This document shows positions 35,020 to 44,885 of a stretch of DNA of 64,000 nt, in pieces. This DNA is from a virus. Made by a program: the position numbers and the translations under genes. How positions within the stretch are numbered: the stretch's first letter is position 1; every line of letters starts with the position of its first letter. The notes under the pieces were generated by a model. The model was not told the origin of the DNA. It did no database searches and worked only from the letters and a program-made list of their open reading frames with translations. Location: positions 10,015 to 74,014 of the IMG/VR virus record IMGVR_UViG_3300033146_005170, one strand, 5' to 3'.

Positions 35020-36432
35020 ATGGCTATTTTGTTAAAAAATTTCTTTAAAGGTGCTAAACCTAGTGCTAAGCCTAAGTCTAGATCTCCTTTAAAAGAAGGG
35101 GATAAATATTCTCCTATACCTTATAACTCTTATACAGATCCAAGTTCTTTAAGAAACTCTGGAGATACCCAAACAGTTATTAAAAATCTTCAAAATTATG
35201 ATCCTGATTTTGGTAATGCTATTTGGGCTATCTTAAGGTTTTCAGATACACCACTTAAAATAATCTTTAGAAAAGATAAAGGGGAATTTGATGCTAAAAA
35301 GACTCTAGAGTTTATTAATTTAATTACTAATACTTGGGTTTCTAGTACTAATGCTCCTAGTCCTCGTGAGTTAGGGACTAATATTATTCAACAACTATTC
35401 ATGTTTGGAGGTGTAGGTGCTGAGGTTATATTAGACGAATTCAAATTACCTACTAGAACAGTTTTAGTCGCTGCGAAAGAGTTAGAATGGAAAAAATCTA
35501 ATGGATCTTTTATACCAATTCAAATGAATCAAGGAAAAGAGATTAAGTTAGACATTCCTACTTTTTTCTATACTGCTACAGATCTTCATCCTGATCAGGC
35601 AGCAGCTGATTCACCATTACTTTCTGCAGTACAAGCAGCAGTATTTAAACAACAAGTAATTACTGATATTCAAAGAGTTATTAGACGGGCAGGCTATCCA
35701 AGACATAAAGTTACTATTTTAGAAGAAATTCTTAGATCTAATGCACCAGCTAATATTAGAACTGATCCTGATGAGTTAGAGAAGTGGCTTATAAAACAAA
35801 AAGAGAGTATATCTGAAGGTTTAGCTAAACTAAAGCCAGAAGATGCCATAGTTATTTTTGATTCTATTGAGATTGACTATCTATCAACAGGTTCTAATAC
35901 TACAGTTGATTTTAAACCTATTGTGGAAATTTTAGATGGGCAATTAACTTCTTCTTTAAGAGTATTGCCTAGTATACTAGGTAAGTCAGGTATGGGTGGT
36001 TCTTCACAAAATATAGCCTCAGTTGAATCTATGTTATTTATTAACACTGTCACCTACTTGCAGAATAGGGCTGCCAAATTACTAAGTCAAATTTATACTA
36101 TTATGGCTAGATTACAAGGTATGAAGGGTCTTATTGAGGTTACTTATGAGCCAGTTAATCTAAGACCAGATCTTGAGCTAGAGCCTCAGAGATTGGCAAA
36201 ACAGAATAGAATTTTACAGCTTCAAAGCTTTGGGCATATAACTGACTCTGAAGCCGCTTTAGAACTAGGTATTTTACATGAACCTACAGAAGAACTTTCA
36301 GGTACTAGATTTTTAGATAGTAAGCCTGGAACTGATACAGAAAACATCTCTGCTAATACTGATCCTTTGGGTCGTAGTATTACAGGAGGTGATGGTTCTG
36401 GGGATACCAGAGGTAATGAATCAAGTTCATAG
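35020..36432 (+). CDS. Portal protein
   Basis: 470 aa immediately after terL; SPL, LRVLPSILG, C-terminal ITDSEA..ELG. Confidence 0.82.
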   Translation: MAILLKNFFKGAKPSAKPKSRSPLKEGDKYSPIPYNSYTDPSSLRNSGDTQTVIKNLQNYDPDFGNAIWAILRFSDTPLKIIFRKDKGEFDAKKTLEFINLITNTWVSSTNAPSPRELGTNIIQQLFMFGGVGAEVILDEFKLPTRTVLVAAKELEWKKSNGSFIPIQMNQGKEIKLDIPTFFYTATDLHPDQAAADSPLLSAVQAAVFKQQVITDIQRVIRRAGYPRHKVTILEEILRSNAPANIRTDPDELEKWLIKQKESISEGLAKLKPEDAIVIFDSIEIDYLSTGSNTTVDFKPIVEILDGQLTSSLRVLPSILGKSGMGGSSQNIASVESMLFINTVTYLQNRAAKLLSQIYTIMARLQGMKGLIEVTYEPVNLRPDLELEPQRLAKQNRILQLQSFGHITDSEAALELGILHEPTEELSGTRFLDSKPGTDTENISANTDPLGRSITGGDGSGDTRGNESSS

Positions 36433-36444
36433 AAAGGAAATAAT

Positions 36445-37503
36445 ATGGGAAAGAGACCTACAGAAGGTGCTTTTAAGGTAGAAACAGTATTTATAGACAG
36501 AAAACCCACTGCATATAATACTATTTTTTCTGAGGGAGCTTTGAGTCAAGTTGCTAATCATATCAATGAAAATGGCTTGCCATTGTTATTGAGTCATAAC
36601 AGTGGTAGATTGCCATCAGGTCAATGGTATGAGGCTAATAATACTACAGAACAAGTGATTGCTAAATTTTTTATTCCTAAAGAGATTAGAGAATTTGAAG
36701 ATGTTAAAACTCGTATTGATACAGGCATTTTAGATAGTGTATCAATTGGTTTTAGTGCTAAGAAACATACTTGTTCTATTTGTAATAATGACATAAATAA
36801 CTATCAAGAGTGTCCACACATTCCAGGTAGAGAGTATGAAATTAGAGATGATCCTAAAGGACCAGTAGTAGGTAAAGAAACTTGCTATGTAATTCTTGAT
36901 GAGCTTAGTGTTTCAGAAGGTAGTTTGGTATACTCTGGAGCTGTAAAAAGTGCCAAAGTTATTAAGTCTTCTGATAAAGCAGAGTTTTTTGAAAAGAATC
37001 ACTTTGAGTTTGCTGACGGTCAGCTAAAATTAGAGGCTATCCATACAAAGCATTCTCTACAAAGCTTAAATGAACAAAAAGACCCAGAAGGAAAATTGAT
37101 GGATGAGAAAACATTTAAAGAGCTTCAGACTAAGCATCTAGAGCTTCAAGAAAAGTTTACAGAACTTCGTCAGACTAATCTAACTGTACAAGAGAAAGTT
37201 CTAAGCTTGAGAACTGAAGTACAGGAGTATAAAGATAAAGCTGAGAAGTATGATACTATCGTGGCTAGTTTGGAAACAAAAGAGGCTGAGCATAAAAAAC
37301 TCTTTGCTGACTTTGCCGAAGCTGTTGAGAAACTAGCTGCTCCTTTTAAAGTTGACTATAAAGCTCCAGATAACTCTGAAGATTTGCTTGCTGACTTTGA
37401 AACATATATGGAAAAAGCAAAAGCTTTGCCATCAGGTCGTCAGTCTGTTAGTGAGCCTGACTCAATTGAATATGCCGCTCCAGAAGCTGCGTATAAAGTA
37501 TAA
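36445..37503 (+). CDS. Prohead protease with C-terminal scaffold
   Basis: LLSH, SVSIGF, CSIC...CPH insertion, EGSLVY.GA, coiled-coil C-terminus. Confidence 0.85.
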   Translation: MGKRPTEGAFKVETVFIDRKPTAYNTIFSEGALSQVANHINENGLPLLLSHNSGRLPSGQWYEANNTTEQVIAKFFIPKEIREFEDVKTRIDTGILDSVSIGFSAKKHTCSICNNDINNYQECPHIPGREYEIRDDPKGPVVGKETCYVILDELSVSEGSLVYSGAVKSAKVIKSSDKAEFFEKNHFEFADGQLKLEAIHTKHSLQSLNEQKDPEGKLMDEKTFKELQTKHLELQEKFTELRQTNLTVQEKVLSLRTEVQEYKDKAEKYDTIVASLETKEAEHKKLFADFAEAVEKLAAPFKVDYKAPDNSEDLLADFETYMEKAKALPSGRQSVSEPDSIEYAAPEAAYKV

Positions 37504-37514
37504 AGGGGAATTAA

Positions 37515-37886
37515 ATGTATCCAGAACTACTCTATAAAGGCCAGTATACGCTGAAAAGAGTTCTAACAATGCCAATGGTGCCTAGTCTTACAAAAGATGA
37601 TATAGGTAAACTTGTTTCTCTTGATTCTACAGGTACAGTTAGACTAGCACTTGAAGACGCTGTCTTTTTTGGTGTACTTAGAACAGTCAACAACAATGAC
37701 AATATCTGTACGGTTGATTTTTCTGGAGTTCATCAGTTTAAATCTACGGCTGGTATCGATGCAGGTAAAGCAGTTGTTCCAGGAGGTACTCCTGAAAATG
37801 TAAAAGAAGGTACAGGAGCTACTAAAGCTGTCACTTTGACTCAAGTTGCCGCAGGTGAGCTTGTTTCTGTATTTTTTCTAAACTAA
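37515..37886 (+). CDS. Capsid decoration/cement protein
   Basis: 123-aa beta-rich protein between protease and MCP. Confidence 0.7.
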   Translation: MYPELLYKGQYTLKRVLTMPMVPSLTKDDIGKLVSLDSTGTVRLALEDAVFFGVLRTVNNNDNICTVDFSGVHQFKSTAGIDAGKAVVPGGTPENVKEGTGATKAVTLTQVAAGELVSVFFLN

Positions 37887-37896
37887 GGAGCTTTAA

Positions 37897-39057
37897 ATGA
37901 AATTTAAACGAAAAGCAGTAGCTAAAGCTACTGAAGTTAGACTTAGCCCAAGTATGTATGCCGAAGCAGCAGCTTTGAAGCTTACTTTTTCTCAGTATCT
38001 TGAAAGACTTAATCCGTCTCAGCCTGGTGATACTCTTGATGCTTTTGAGCGTCAGCTTCAGAAGTTTGGTATTGTTACTCAGTCAATTCCTGAAAAAGGT
38101 ATTTATGCATCCACTGTAGAGCAGTTCTTGAAAGCCTCAGAGGAGTATACTTATGCAGACAATCAACCACTGCAAACTGATGTACCTGAGTCTAGAATTT
38201 TGTTTCCAGAGTTTATCTCTAGGGTAGCTCGAGTAGCTTTGTTAAAAGATCAAGATTATGATGTTAATAATCTTTTGGCTACTACTCGTGTTATTCCTAA
38301 TACCACTTTTAAAGAGCTGTGGATTGACACTACTCCAGGTAAATCAGATCAGCCAGATCGTACTCAATATGAGATGGGTAGAGTTGGTGAGTTTGGTACT
38401 TTTCCAAGAGTACAGATTAAATGGTCTGAAACAGCTAAAAGTGTCTATAAAAGAGGTGTACAGATAGACATGTCTTATGAGTTTCAGCGAGAAGCTACTA
38501 TGGATATTCTTGCTATTGTTATCTCTCGTATCATGATGACTCAGTCTATGGATCTATTTAAGAAAGCTCTTGCAATTGGTTTTAATGGTACTACAGTTGT
38601 TGAATCTAGTAGCCTAGACCCAGCCGCTACAGGTAATACGATCACTTACACTGCTTGGCTTAAGTGGACAGCCAGCTTTAAGCCTTATAGCTGTGGTGTA
38701 TACTATTGTTCTCTTGATACTGCATTGAAAATCATTATGATGGAAAAACCTGATGTTGATCCAGTAGCTATGATGGCAGCATTGAAACAAGGGCCTGTAG
38801 ATCAGAAGATCAGTCTTTCTAGAGGTATGTGGGATAACGTAACTATTTTCCCAATGACAGATGGATCTATTCCAGATGACTATATCTTTACTCTTGATAA
38901 AAACTATGCTCTTGAGAGAGTTATTCAAGCAGGTACAGATATCCAAGAGTCAGAGCGTATCATTACACAGCAGTTTGATTCAATTGTTATCTCTATCTCT
39001 GATGAGATTAGTAGAATTTTCTCTGATGCAACTTTTGTATTGCATCTATCAGACTAA
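37897..39057 (+). CDS. Major capsid protein (HK97 fold)
   Basis: Position; LFPEFI, RVGE.G.FP, KRG..I..SYE; highly expressed codon usage. Confidence 0.88.
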   Translation: MKFKRKAVAKATEVRLSPSMYAEAAALKLTFSQYLERLNPSQPGDTLDAFERQLQKFGIVTQSIPEKGIYASTVEQFLKASEEYTYADNQPLQTDVPESRILFPEFISRVARVALLKDQDYDVNNLLATTRVIPNTTFKELWIDTTPGKSDQPDRTQYEMGRVGEFGTFPRVQIKWSETAKSVYKRGVQIDMSYEFQREATMDILAIVISRIMMTQSMDLFKKALAIGFNGTTVVESSSLDPAATGNTITYTAWLKWTASFKPYSCGVYYCSLDTALKIIMMEKPDVDPVAMMAALKQGPVDQKISLSRGMWDNVTIFPMTDGSIPDDYIFTLDKNYALERVIQAGTDIQESERIITQQFDSIVISISDEISRIFSDATFVLHLSD

Positions 39058-39066
39058 GGAGAGATA

Positions 39067-39324
39067 ATGAAAGTTAAAGCTAAAGATCCCAGTAAAGTTT
39101 ACTGGGATAAAACTCAAGATAAAGTAATTCACGGTAAAAAGACTGTAGTTGTAAAAGCTACTGGTTTGATTAGAGAGCTTATTAACTCTGGAGCTCTAGT
39201 TGAAGTCTTTGAGGATAATGAGTCTCAAGTAGGTGTTGTAGATAGCAATAAGCTTAATCCTGAAAACACTGCTACTGGCAAGGCTAAAGAAAATACTTTT
39301 AACAAGTCAAAAGAAACTGCCTAG
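39067..39324 (+). CDS. Small head-associated protein
   Basis: Directly after the MCP; AAGGAG SD. Confidence 0.55.
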   Translation: MKVKAKDPSKVYWDKTQDKVIHGKKTVVVKATGLIRELINSGALVEVFEDNESQVGVVDSNKLNPENTATGKAKENTFNKSKETA

Positions 39325-39330
39325 TTTTTA

Positions 39331-39354
39331 TCTAAAGGTCATTAGACCTTTAGA
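39331..39354 (+). terminator. Hairpin after the capsid genes
   Basis: TCTAAAGGTC-atta-GACCTTTAGA. Confidence 0.6.
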
Positions 39355-39367
39355 GTAAGGACTAACT

Positions 39368-39766
39368 ATGACATTAACTTTTTCTTTTATAAGATCTTTA
39401 TCTGGAGCTAGCGAGGCAGAATTGCCTGATGTTGTTTTAGAGGACTTACAAGTAATAGATATAGCTAATACTTGGTATGATTCCTTAGACAATACTATAA
39501 CAGATCCAATTTCTGAAAATATTGCCTTATATTATAAAGGCTATAAATGTATTGTACTTTTAGAACTATACTTACTCACTGCCTTACCTGAAAAAATTAA
39601 GGACAATTTTAATGAGTTGACTCGATTTGATACTATTAAAGATGTTATTGCTTTAGCTAAGCAAAAGCTTTTAGAATTAGAAAATCCAGTAAATACTCTA
39701 GGGAACATTACTCGCTTTGATATAGTTTCTCCAACTATTGATCCGGTGACTCAAGAAGGTCGTTAA
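39368..39766 (+). CDS. Putative head-tail adaptor
   Basis: Size and position. Confidence 0.55.
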   Translation: MTLTFSFIRSLSGASEAELPDVVLEDLQVIDIANTWYDSLDNTITDPISENIALYYKGYKCIVLLELYLLTALPEKIKDNFNELTRFDTIKDVIALAKQKLLELENPVNTLGNITRFDIVSPTIDPVTQEGR

Positions 39767-39767
39767 A

Positions 39768-40379
39768 ATGAACATTCATAGTGTTCGTAGAAGATTTCAG
39801 CATAAAGTAGATTTTTTTATACCGAGTAAATATACTGGTAATATATTTCAAGGCTTTTATAGCTTACAGCAGGATCCCCTAAATAGCGAAAGATTTTTAT
39901 TATATATAACTATTTCTTTTAAACCTAATATAGTGGGTCATTTAATTTTTATTAAAAATCAACCTTGGCTAGTTCACAGATTTTTTAAAGAGGTAGTTAA
40001 TTTATCTCTATACGAGTATCTATTAATGCCTACTAATGATATGCTAGATATTCTAGTTATTAGACAAAGTGTAAATGCTCTTGGAACTTCTAATACAGAA
40101 ATAAGTACTGATGGGAATAACTTTTTACTTGATGGGAATAGTCTTTTTATTCCTAATAATAGAGTACATTGTATTCTAGATACTTTTAGTAGAAAAGAAA
40201 GGATTAATCCCACTGTTCAACCTGCTGATGCCTATGAAAGAACTTTTTTCATAGCTAGATCACAAATGATAGATTACCAAGTTCCTATAGCAGTTTACTA
40301 TAAAGGGATAAGATTTAAAGTTATGTCTAAGACTCCATATGATGGTGCCGTAGAACTTAGAGCTACACAGGAATTATAA
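39768..40379 (+). CDS. Putative head-closure/stopper protein
   Basis: Position; beta-rich C-terminal domain. Confidence 0.5.
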   Translation: MNIHSVRRRFQHKVDFFIPSKYTGNIFQGFYSLQQDPLNSERFLLYITISFKPNIVGHLIFIKNQPWLVHRFFKEVVNLSLYEYLLMPTNDMLDILVIRQSVNALGTSNTEISTDGNNFLLDGNSLFIPNNRVHCILDTFSRKERINPTVQPADAYERTFFIARSQMIDYQVPIAVYYKGIRFKVMSKTPYDGAVELRATQEL

Positions 40380-41035
40380 TGGCCACTAAAATAGCTAGAG
40401 TAGAGGATGTTATTACCAGTATTCAATATATAGCTAATGACTTTGCTCTGGCTAATAATCTTGAATTTGCTGATACTTCTTCTGTTGAAGCAGCTAATGA
40501 CTTAATTCAGCAAAGTAAGAATTTATTAATTCTTGTTTTTGAGTCTTTAAAACAAGAAACTTTTAGTACTTTTTCTTTTAGACTTTTTGTTTCTTTTGCT
40601 TCTGAAATAGATGCTAATTCCTCTAAAACTGGTATAGTTTTAGCCTCTTTTATGTCTTTATTACCTAGGTTTTCTAGAGTAATTATTTATGATGCTGATG
40701 GTCTAAGAAAACCAGTGTCTGAATTTTATGATACAGGTGTAAGGTTTGTAGTTCAAAATATAGTTCAGAAACAAATGTCTAAGCCACAAATGAGGAATAA
40801 CTTATTGTCTATCGAATTTACTCTTTTAGGTTTAGCGAATAAAGCTATGTTACAGTATTGTAATTTATTCAGTAAGTTAGCTCTAGACGAACAAGCTAGC
40901 TTAAGAGTTAATTTACATAGAGAGATACTAGACACTGCAGAACTTCAAGGAGGTGGTTTTTATCCTGGTTCAGGAGTTAATCCTAGTCAGACTAGTTATC
41001 CTTATTCAATTATTTCAGTTAGGGGTCAAGTATGA
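40379..41035 (+). CDS. Putative tail terminator/neck protein
   Basis: Position. Confidence 0.45.
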   Translation: MATKIARVEDVITSIQYIANDFALANNLEFADTSSVEAANDLIQQSKNLLILVFESLKQETFSTFSFRLFVSFASEIDANSSKTGIVLASFMSLLPRFSRVIIYDADGLRKPVSEFYDTGVRFVVQNIVQKQMSKPQMRNNLLSIEFTLLGLANKAMLQYCNLFSKLALDEQASLRVNLHREILDTAELQGGGFYPGSGVNPSQTSYPYSIISVRGQV

Positions 41036-42627
41036 GTTATAATAGAGTTAATTGGCAGGATTTACCTAATATAGATACACCTGTTAATGCTGATAATTTA
41101 AACCGAATGGATGAGGCTATAGCTAATTTAGATAGCTTTTTAGTTCCTAGCGTAGGTACTAGTGAACCTATAGTAATGCCAGATGGTAGCATTAGACACT
41201 ATAGTGGTACTCATTATTTTCCTATCTATATATCAACTACAGGTGACGATAACGACACTGATGGTTCTCAAGCTAAACCTTTTAAAACTTTTGATGGTAT
41301 TGTGCAGTTTCTTCAGTCCATAGCAAGTGGTCGTATGGTAGAAGTTTATATGGAAGATGGTGAGTACATTTGGATTACTACTGGTTGGGAGTATATTACT
41401 TTAGCTGGTTTGAGAATTCGAAGTATATCAAATAATCCAGCAAATTGTAAAATTATCTCTAATGGTAGTTGTTACTCTTTAGGCTTTTTAGAACCTGCAT
41501 TTATAAATATTAAAAGAGTTACTATAGATGTACAATCGACAGGTGGAACCTTATGGTTTGGTATGCTTTGGCAAGCAAGATTTTATGGCTGTCCTATTAC
41601 TTGTGATAGTGATTGGGGAGTAGTAGGTTCTTGGGTAAATTTATTTGTTTTATTTGATGGCTCACCAGACTATGAAATTAAATTAATAGATGGGAAGCCT
41701 CTTGTATATAACAATAATAGTGGCTTTGTTAGGATTATGTTTGATGATGGTCATTATCTAAATAACCCAACTGTTGAAGCTAATTGGATTAGTAGGCCAG
41801 TAGTATTACCAGATGGATCAGTTTTAAATCCTCAAGCTATTGTTGGGTTAAGTAATCTTGTATATACTGATTTACCTGATATAACTGGCGAGCCACCTAC
41901 AGCTCAAACCTTTATGAACTATACTGAGAAAAAACCATATTGGTGGACTGGAGATGAGTATATTACCTTTCCTGAAGGTGAGCAAAGTCAACTGCAAAAA
42001 ACCGATACTTATTACCCTAGTTGGTACTTATTAGGTAGAAATCCTGATAATTATAAAGCTCCAGGGAAGTACGCTGTAGATTTGAGTTATAGTAGCCAAA
42101 GTGGCAATGCCAATGGCGCTTCCGGAGGTTATTCATTTACTGTAGGTTATAATGTTAAGGCTACTAAAAATTATTCAAAAGCAAGCGGGTATTTAACAGA
42201 GGCCACTGGTTATTGTGCCTATGCACATGGCTTTAAGGCTTATGCTATAGAGGATTATACAGTAGCAATAGGCTATGGTGTTAAAGCAACAGCTGAATAT
42301 CAGATTGCTTATGGTTACTATAATCTTGGTGAGTCTGATTCTTTATTTGAAGTTGGAGTAGGCCAGAGTGACTCTGCTAGAGCTAATGGCCTAGCTGTTA
42401 AACAGGATGGAACAGTTAGAGCGCAAAAAAGTACTGTAGAAGCTATTAAAAATGCTCCAGAAACAGTCTTAGTAACTAAAGAATTTTTAGACTCAAATGC
42501 TGGAACTTCTTCAGATAGACCTAATTTAACTAGTGCTAGTGGTAATGCTTTTTTTGATACTGACTTAGGTAAACCTATTTGGTTTAATGGTACTGATTGG
42601 GTTGATGCTAGTGGAACTTTAGTATGA
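41032..42627 (+). CDS. Fibre/adhesin protein (beta-helix plus YadA-like head repeats)
   Basis: N-terminal W...TPVNADNLNRMDEAI, YISTTGDD..DGS..KPFKT, 14-aa A.G.YS.A.G repeats, C-terminal FFDTDLGKPIW.NG..WVDA.G. Confidence 0.75.
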   Translation: MSYNRVNWQDLPNIDTPVNADNLNRMDEAIANLDSFLVPSVGTSEPIVMPDGSIRHYSGTHYFPIYISTTGDDNDTDGSQAKPFKTFDGIVQFLQSIASGRMVEVYMEDGEYIWITTGWEYITLAGLRIRSISNNPANCKIISNGSCYSLGFLEPAFINIKRVTIDVQSTGGTLWFGMLWQARFYGCPITCDSDWGVVGSWVNLFVLFDGSPDYEIKLIDGKPLVYNNNSGFVRIMFDDGHYLNNPTVEANWISRPVVLPDGSVLNPQAIVGLSNLVYTDLPDITGEPPTAQTFMNYTEKKPYWWTGDEYITFPEGEQSQLQKTDTYYPSWYLLGRNPDNYKAPGKYAVDLSYSSQSGNANGASGGYSFTVGYNVKATKNYSKASGYLTEATGYCAYAHGFKAYAIEDYTVAIGYGVKATAEYQIAYGYYNLGESDSLFEVGVGQSDSARANGLAVKQDGTVRAQKSTVEAIKNAPETVLVTKEFLDSNAGTSSDRPNLTSASGNAFFDTDLGKPIWFNGTDWVDASGTLV

Positions 42628-42770
42628 AAAGAGTAGTTAGATGGATCTTAGTTTTAATTTTTATACTATGGTTTGGTGTTTTTTTAGTGGCCTGTACAGT
42701 TATTATAAATTCTAGTATAGATAAAGAAGAAGAAGTTAATGGCTCTACTTCTTTTGAACTTGCAATATAA
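42624..42770 (+). CDS. 48-aa single-TM protein, not in ORF track
   Basis: MKRVVRWILVLIFILWFGVFLVACTVIINSSIDKEEE...; ATGA overlap. Confidence 0.6.
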   Translation: MKRVVRWILVLIFILWFGVFLVACTVIINSSIDKEEEVNGSTSFELAI

Positions 42771-42780
42771 GGAGCATTTT

Positions 42781-43257
42781 ATGTTAAGATTAATTTTAGT
42801 TATCCTAGGAATTATTTTTCTAGGCTGTGGTGGAGATACAGAGAGTTCTTCTACATATTATATTGATGGTAATGGTACTATACCGCCACTTGAACAAAAT
42901 CAAACTATTAAGCCTGATGGTAATGTTCAAAGTGTCGAGGTTAGTGATAGTGGGCTTTTAATTATGTGTAATGAAGGTTCTTCTTGTACAGTTACCATAG
43001 GAGATAACAATGGAAATCTTTTGGAAGGTAACACAGGCAAAACTAGTGTTTCTGGCTCTAATTTGGATTATACTTATTGGTATCAGTATAATGGGGGTTC
43101 TTGTTGTATTACTTGTGGTGAATGTGCTGATGAGAATATTACCGTTCCAGACATCAATGTAACCGAGGTAATACCAGATTGTTCTAGTGACTTTAGTGGA
43201 GGTGTTTGCTCATGTGATATTTCAAATAGCTTTTGTGGTCAAATAAGCGGTTCTTGA
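42781..43257 (+). CDS. Cys-rich lipoprotein
   Basis: Start after AAGGAG; MLRLILVILGIIFLG-C lipobox. Confidence 0.75.
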   Translation: MLRLILVILGIIFLGCGGDTESSSTYYIDGNGTIPPLEQNQTIKPDGNVQSVEVSDSGLLIMCNEGSSCTVTIGDNNGNLLEGNTGKTSVSGSNLDYTYWYQYNGGSCCITCGECADENITVPDINVTEVIPDCSSDFSGGVCSCDISNSFCGQISGS

Positions 43258-43339
43258 GTAACCGCAGTTAGAGACTGTCCAAGTATAGTCTTTTAACCAA
43301 TTATCAATTGTAAGCAATAAAATCATAGGAGGCCTAATT

Positions 43340-44170
43340 ATGGCATCACAATCAAAAACTCAAGATTTCTTTATTGGAGATCTAGACCTTCGTCTTTCAT
43401 TTGATCTAACTAAAGCAGGGGAACTTTCTCCAGCAGAAACTGTTGGTCTTATGACTCAATGTACAGTAAGTATGGTAACTAATGAGGTTAAGCTAAATGC
43501 AGGTTTTCCACAGCGTACTTATGCTAATGCTGTTGCTTCTAGAGATCTGACTATTACTGGTAATCTTAGTGAGTATACAGCATCTAACTTGGCTATGCTT
43601 TATGGTGATAAAGAAGCTTACTTGGAGTCTCTTAGTGCAACAGAGGCTGAAACAACTCTATCTGCTGATGTTCTTGCAGCTGCTACAACTCTAGCTGTTG
43701 TAGATTCTTCTGACTTTGCAGTTGGTGATGTTGTTTATATTGTAAGTGCTGATGACTCTAATGATGTATATGTAGCTAATGTTTCTAGTCTACCAGATGC
43801 TACATCTATTGAAATTTCTTATGGTTTGCCAAGAGGTTTTGTTAGTGGTTCACGAGTAGTTAAAGGTCAAGCTATTGAGCTTGGTTCTGCTGATACTGTT
43901 CCACCAATGACTCTTCAAGTTCTTGGTATTATGCCTCTTGATGGTGAGCCATTTATCTATGACATCTGGAAAGGCACTATTTCAGGTACAGTAGAGGTAG
44001 CTACTTCTACAGATGCTTTTGGTAGCTTGGCTTATACAATCAGTCCACTTACACCTTCTATTAAGGAAATTGAATGTGGTGTATTTGGTGATGATGCAGC
44101 TAAGAAAGCAGTTGTCAAGCACTTCAAGCAGGGTAGACTTCTCAAGAGTCTTTCTGGTACAACCTGTTAA
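43340..44170 (+). CDS. Major tail (tube) protein with inserted beta-domain
   Basis: Position before chaperones and TMP; strong AGGAGG SD; internal TTLSA...TTL.V.DSS.F.VGD.V module. Confidence 0.8.
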   Translation: MASQSKTQDFFIGDLDLRLSFDLTKAGELSPAETVGLMTQCTVSMVTNEVKLNAGFPQRTYANAVASRDLTITGNLSEYTASNLAMLYGDKEAYLESLSATEAETTLSADVLAAATTLAVVDSSDFAVGDVVYIVSADDSNDVYVANVSSLPDATSIEISYGLPRGFVSGSRVVKGQAIELGSADTVPPMTLQVLGIMPLDGEPFIYDIWKGTISGTVEVATSTDAFGSLAYTISPLTPSIKEIECGVFGDDAAKKAVVKHFKQGRLLKSLSGTTC

Positions 44171-44174
44171 AAAT

Positions 44175-44192
44175 TCTCACCTTCGGGTGAGA
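44175..44192 (+). terminator. C(UUCG)G tetraloop hairpin after the major tail gene
   Basis: TCTCACC-TTCG-GGTGAGA. Confidence 0.75.
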
Positions 44193-44256
44193 TAGTTTAA
44201 AAAGGCCTTCAATGTCCGCTGAAGGTCTCTTTAAACTATCTAGTAAGGCGGACATT

Positions 44257-44604
44257 ATGAATGAAGAATTAATTCTAAATTATACAAACTCTACAGAGAA
44301 AAAACCTTTTAAGCTAACCTATGGGGTACATAAAGAATTACAGAATTATTTAATGAAGGATAATAACTTATTTAATATTTTCACTGATACTGTAATAGCC
44401 GATGAGATTCTTAAAATAGCTTTATCAGATAGAAATTCTCAAGGCCAAATTGTAAAAGAGTTTGTTGATTTTGATAGTATAGAATATTTAGATCTTAGGG
44501 CTCTTTTAGAGCTTATTTTTGATTATTTTCAAAATTTTTTTCTAGAGAATCAATTGAAAGTGGAGAAAGCAATTCAGAAACTAACTCCTCAGACTACAGC
44601 TTAA
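44257..44604 (+). CDS. Tail assembly chaperone (gpG-like)
   Basis: Between the tube and TMP genes; alternative start at 44212. Confidence 0.75.
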   Translation: MNEELILNYTNSTEKKPFKLTYGVHKELQNYLMKDNNLFNIFTDTVIADEILKIALSDRNSQGQIVKEFVDFDSIEYLDLRALLELIFDYFQNFFLENQLKVEKAIQKLTPQTTA

Positions 44605-44885
44605 TTGAAGGTCTTTTAGATAAACCTTTTGATGAACTATTACTCTGGTTATATAACTATAGACCAGATAAAGTAATAGAGGCTAGTTATTTATCTACAA
44701 GACAAGAATTACTAACTGCAGCACAACTTAAGATTGAGATCACCAATTTTAAGTACTCCGATATGTTTAAATTAATAGCAAGAGCTAATGGTAATGAAGT
44801 TAAAGGTCATAAAAATAGTAAACCTAGTAAAGAGCTTCCTAAAGCGGACTTCAATACTATAGCTGCCTTTATTGGAGCAATGTAA
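44257..44885 (+). CDS. Tail assembly chaperone, -1 frameshift product (gpGT-like)
   Basis: Slippery A AAT TTT TTT at 44532-44541; -1 frame (SRESIESGE...FIGAM*) is open to TAA at 44883-44885, overlapping the TMP ATG. Confidence 0.8.
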
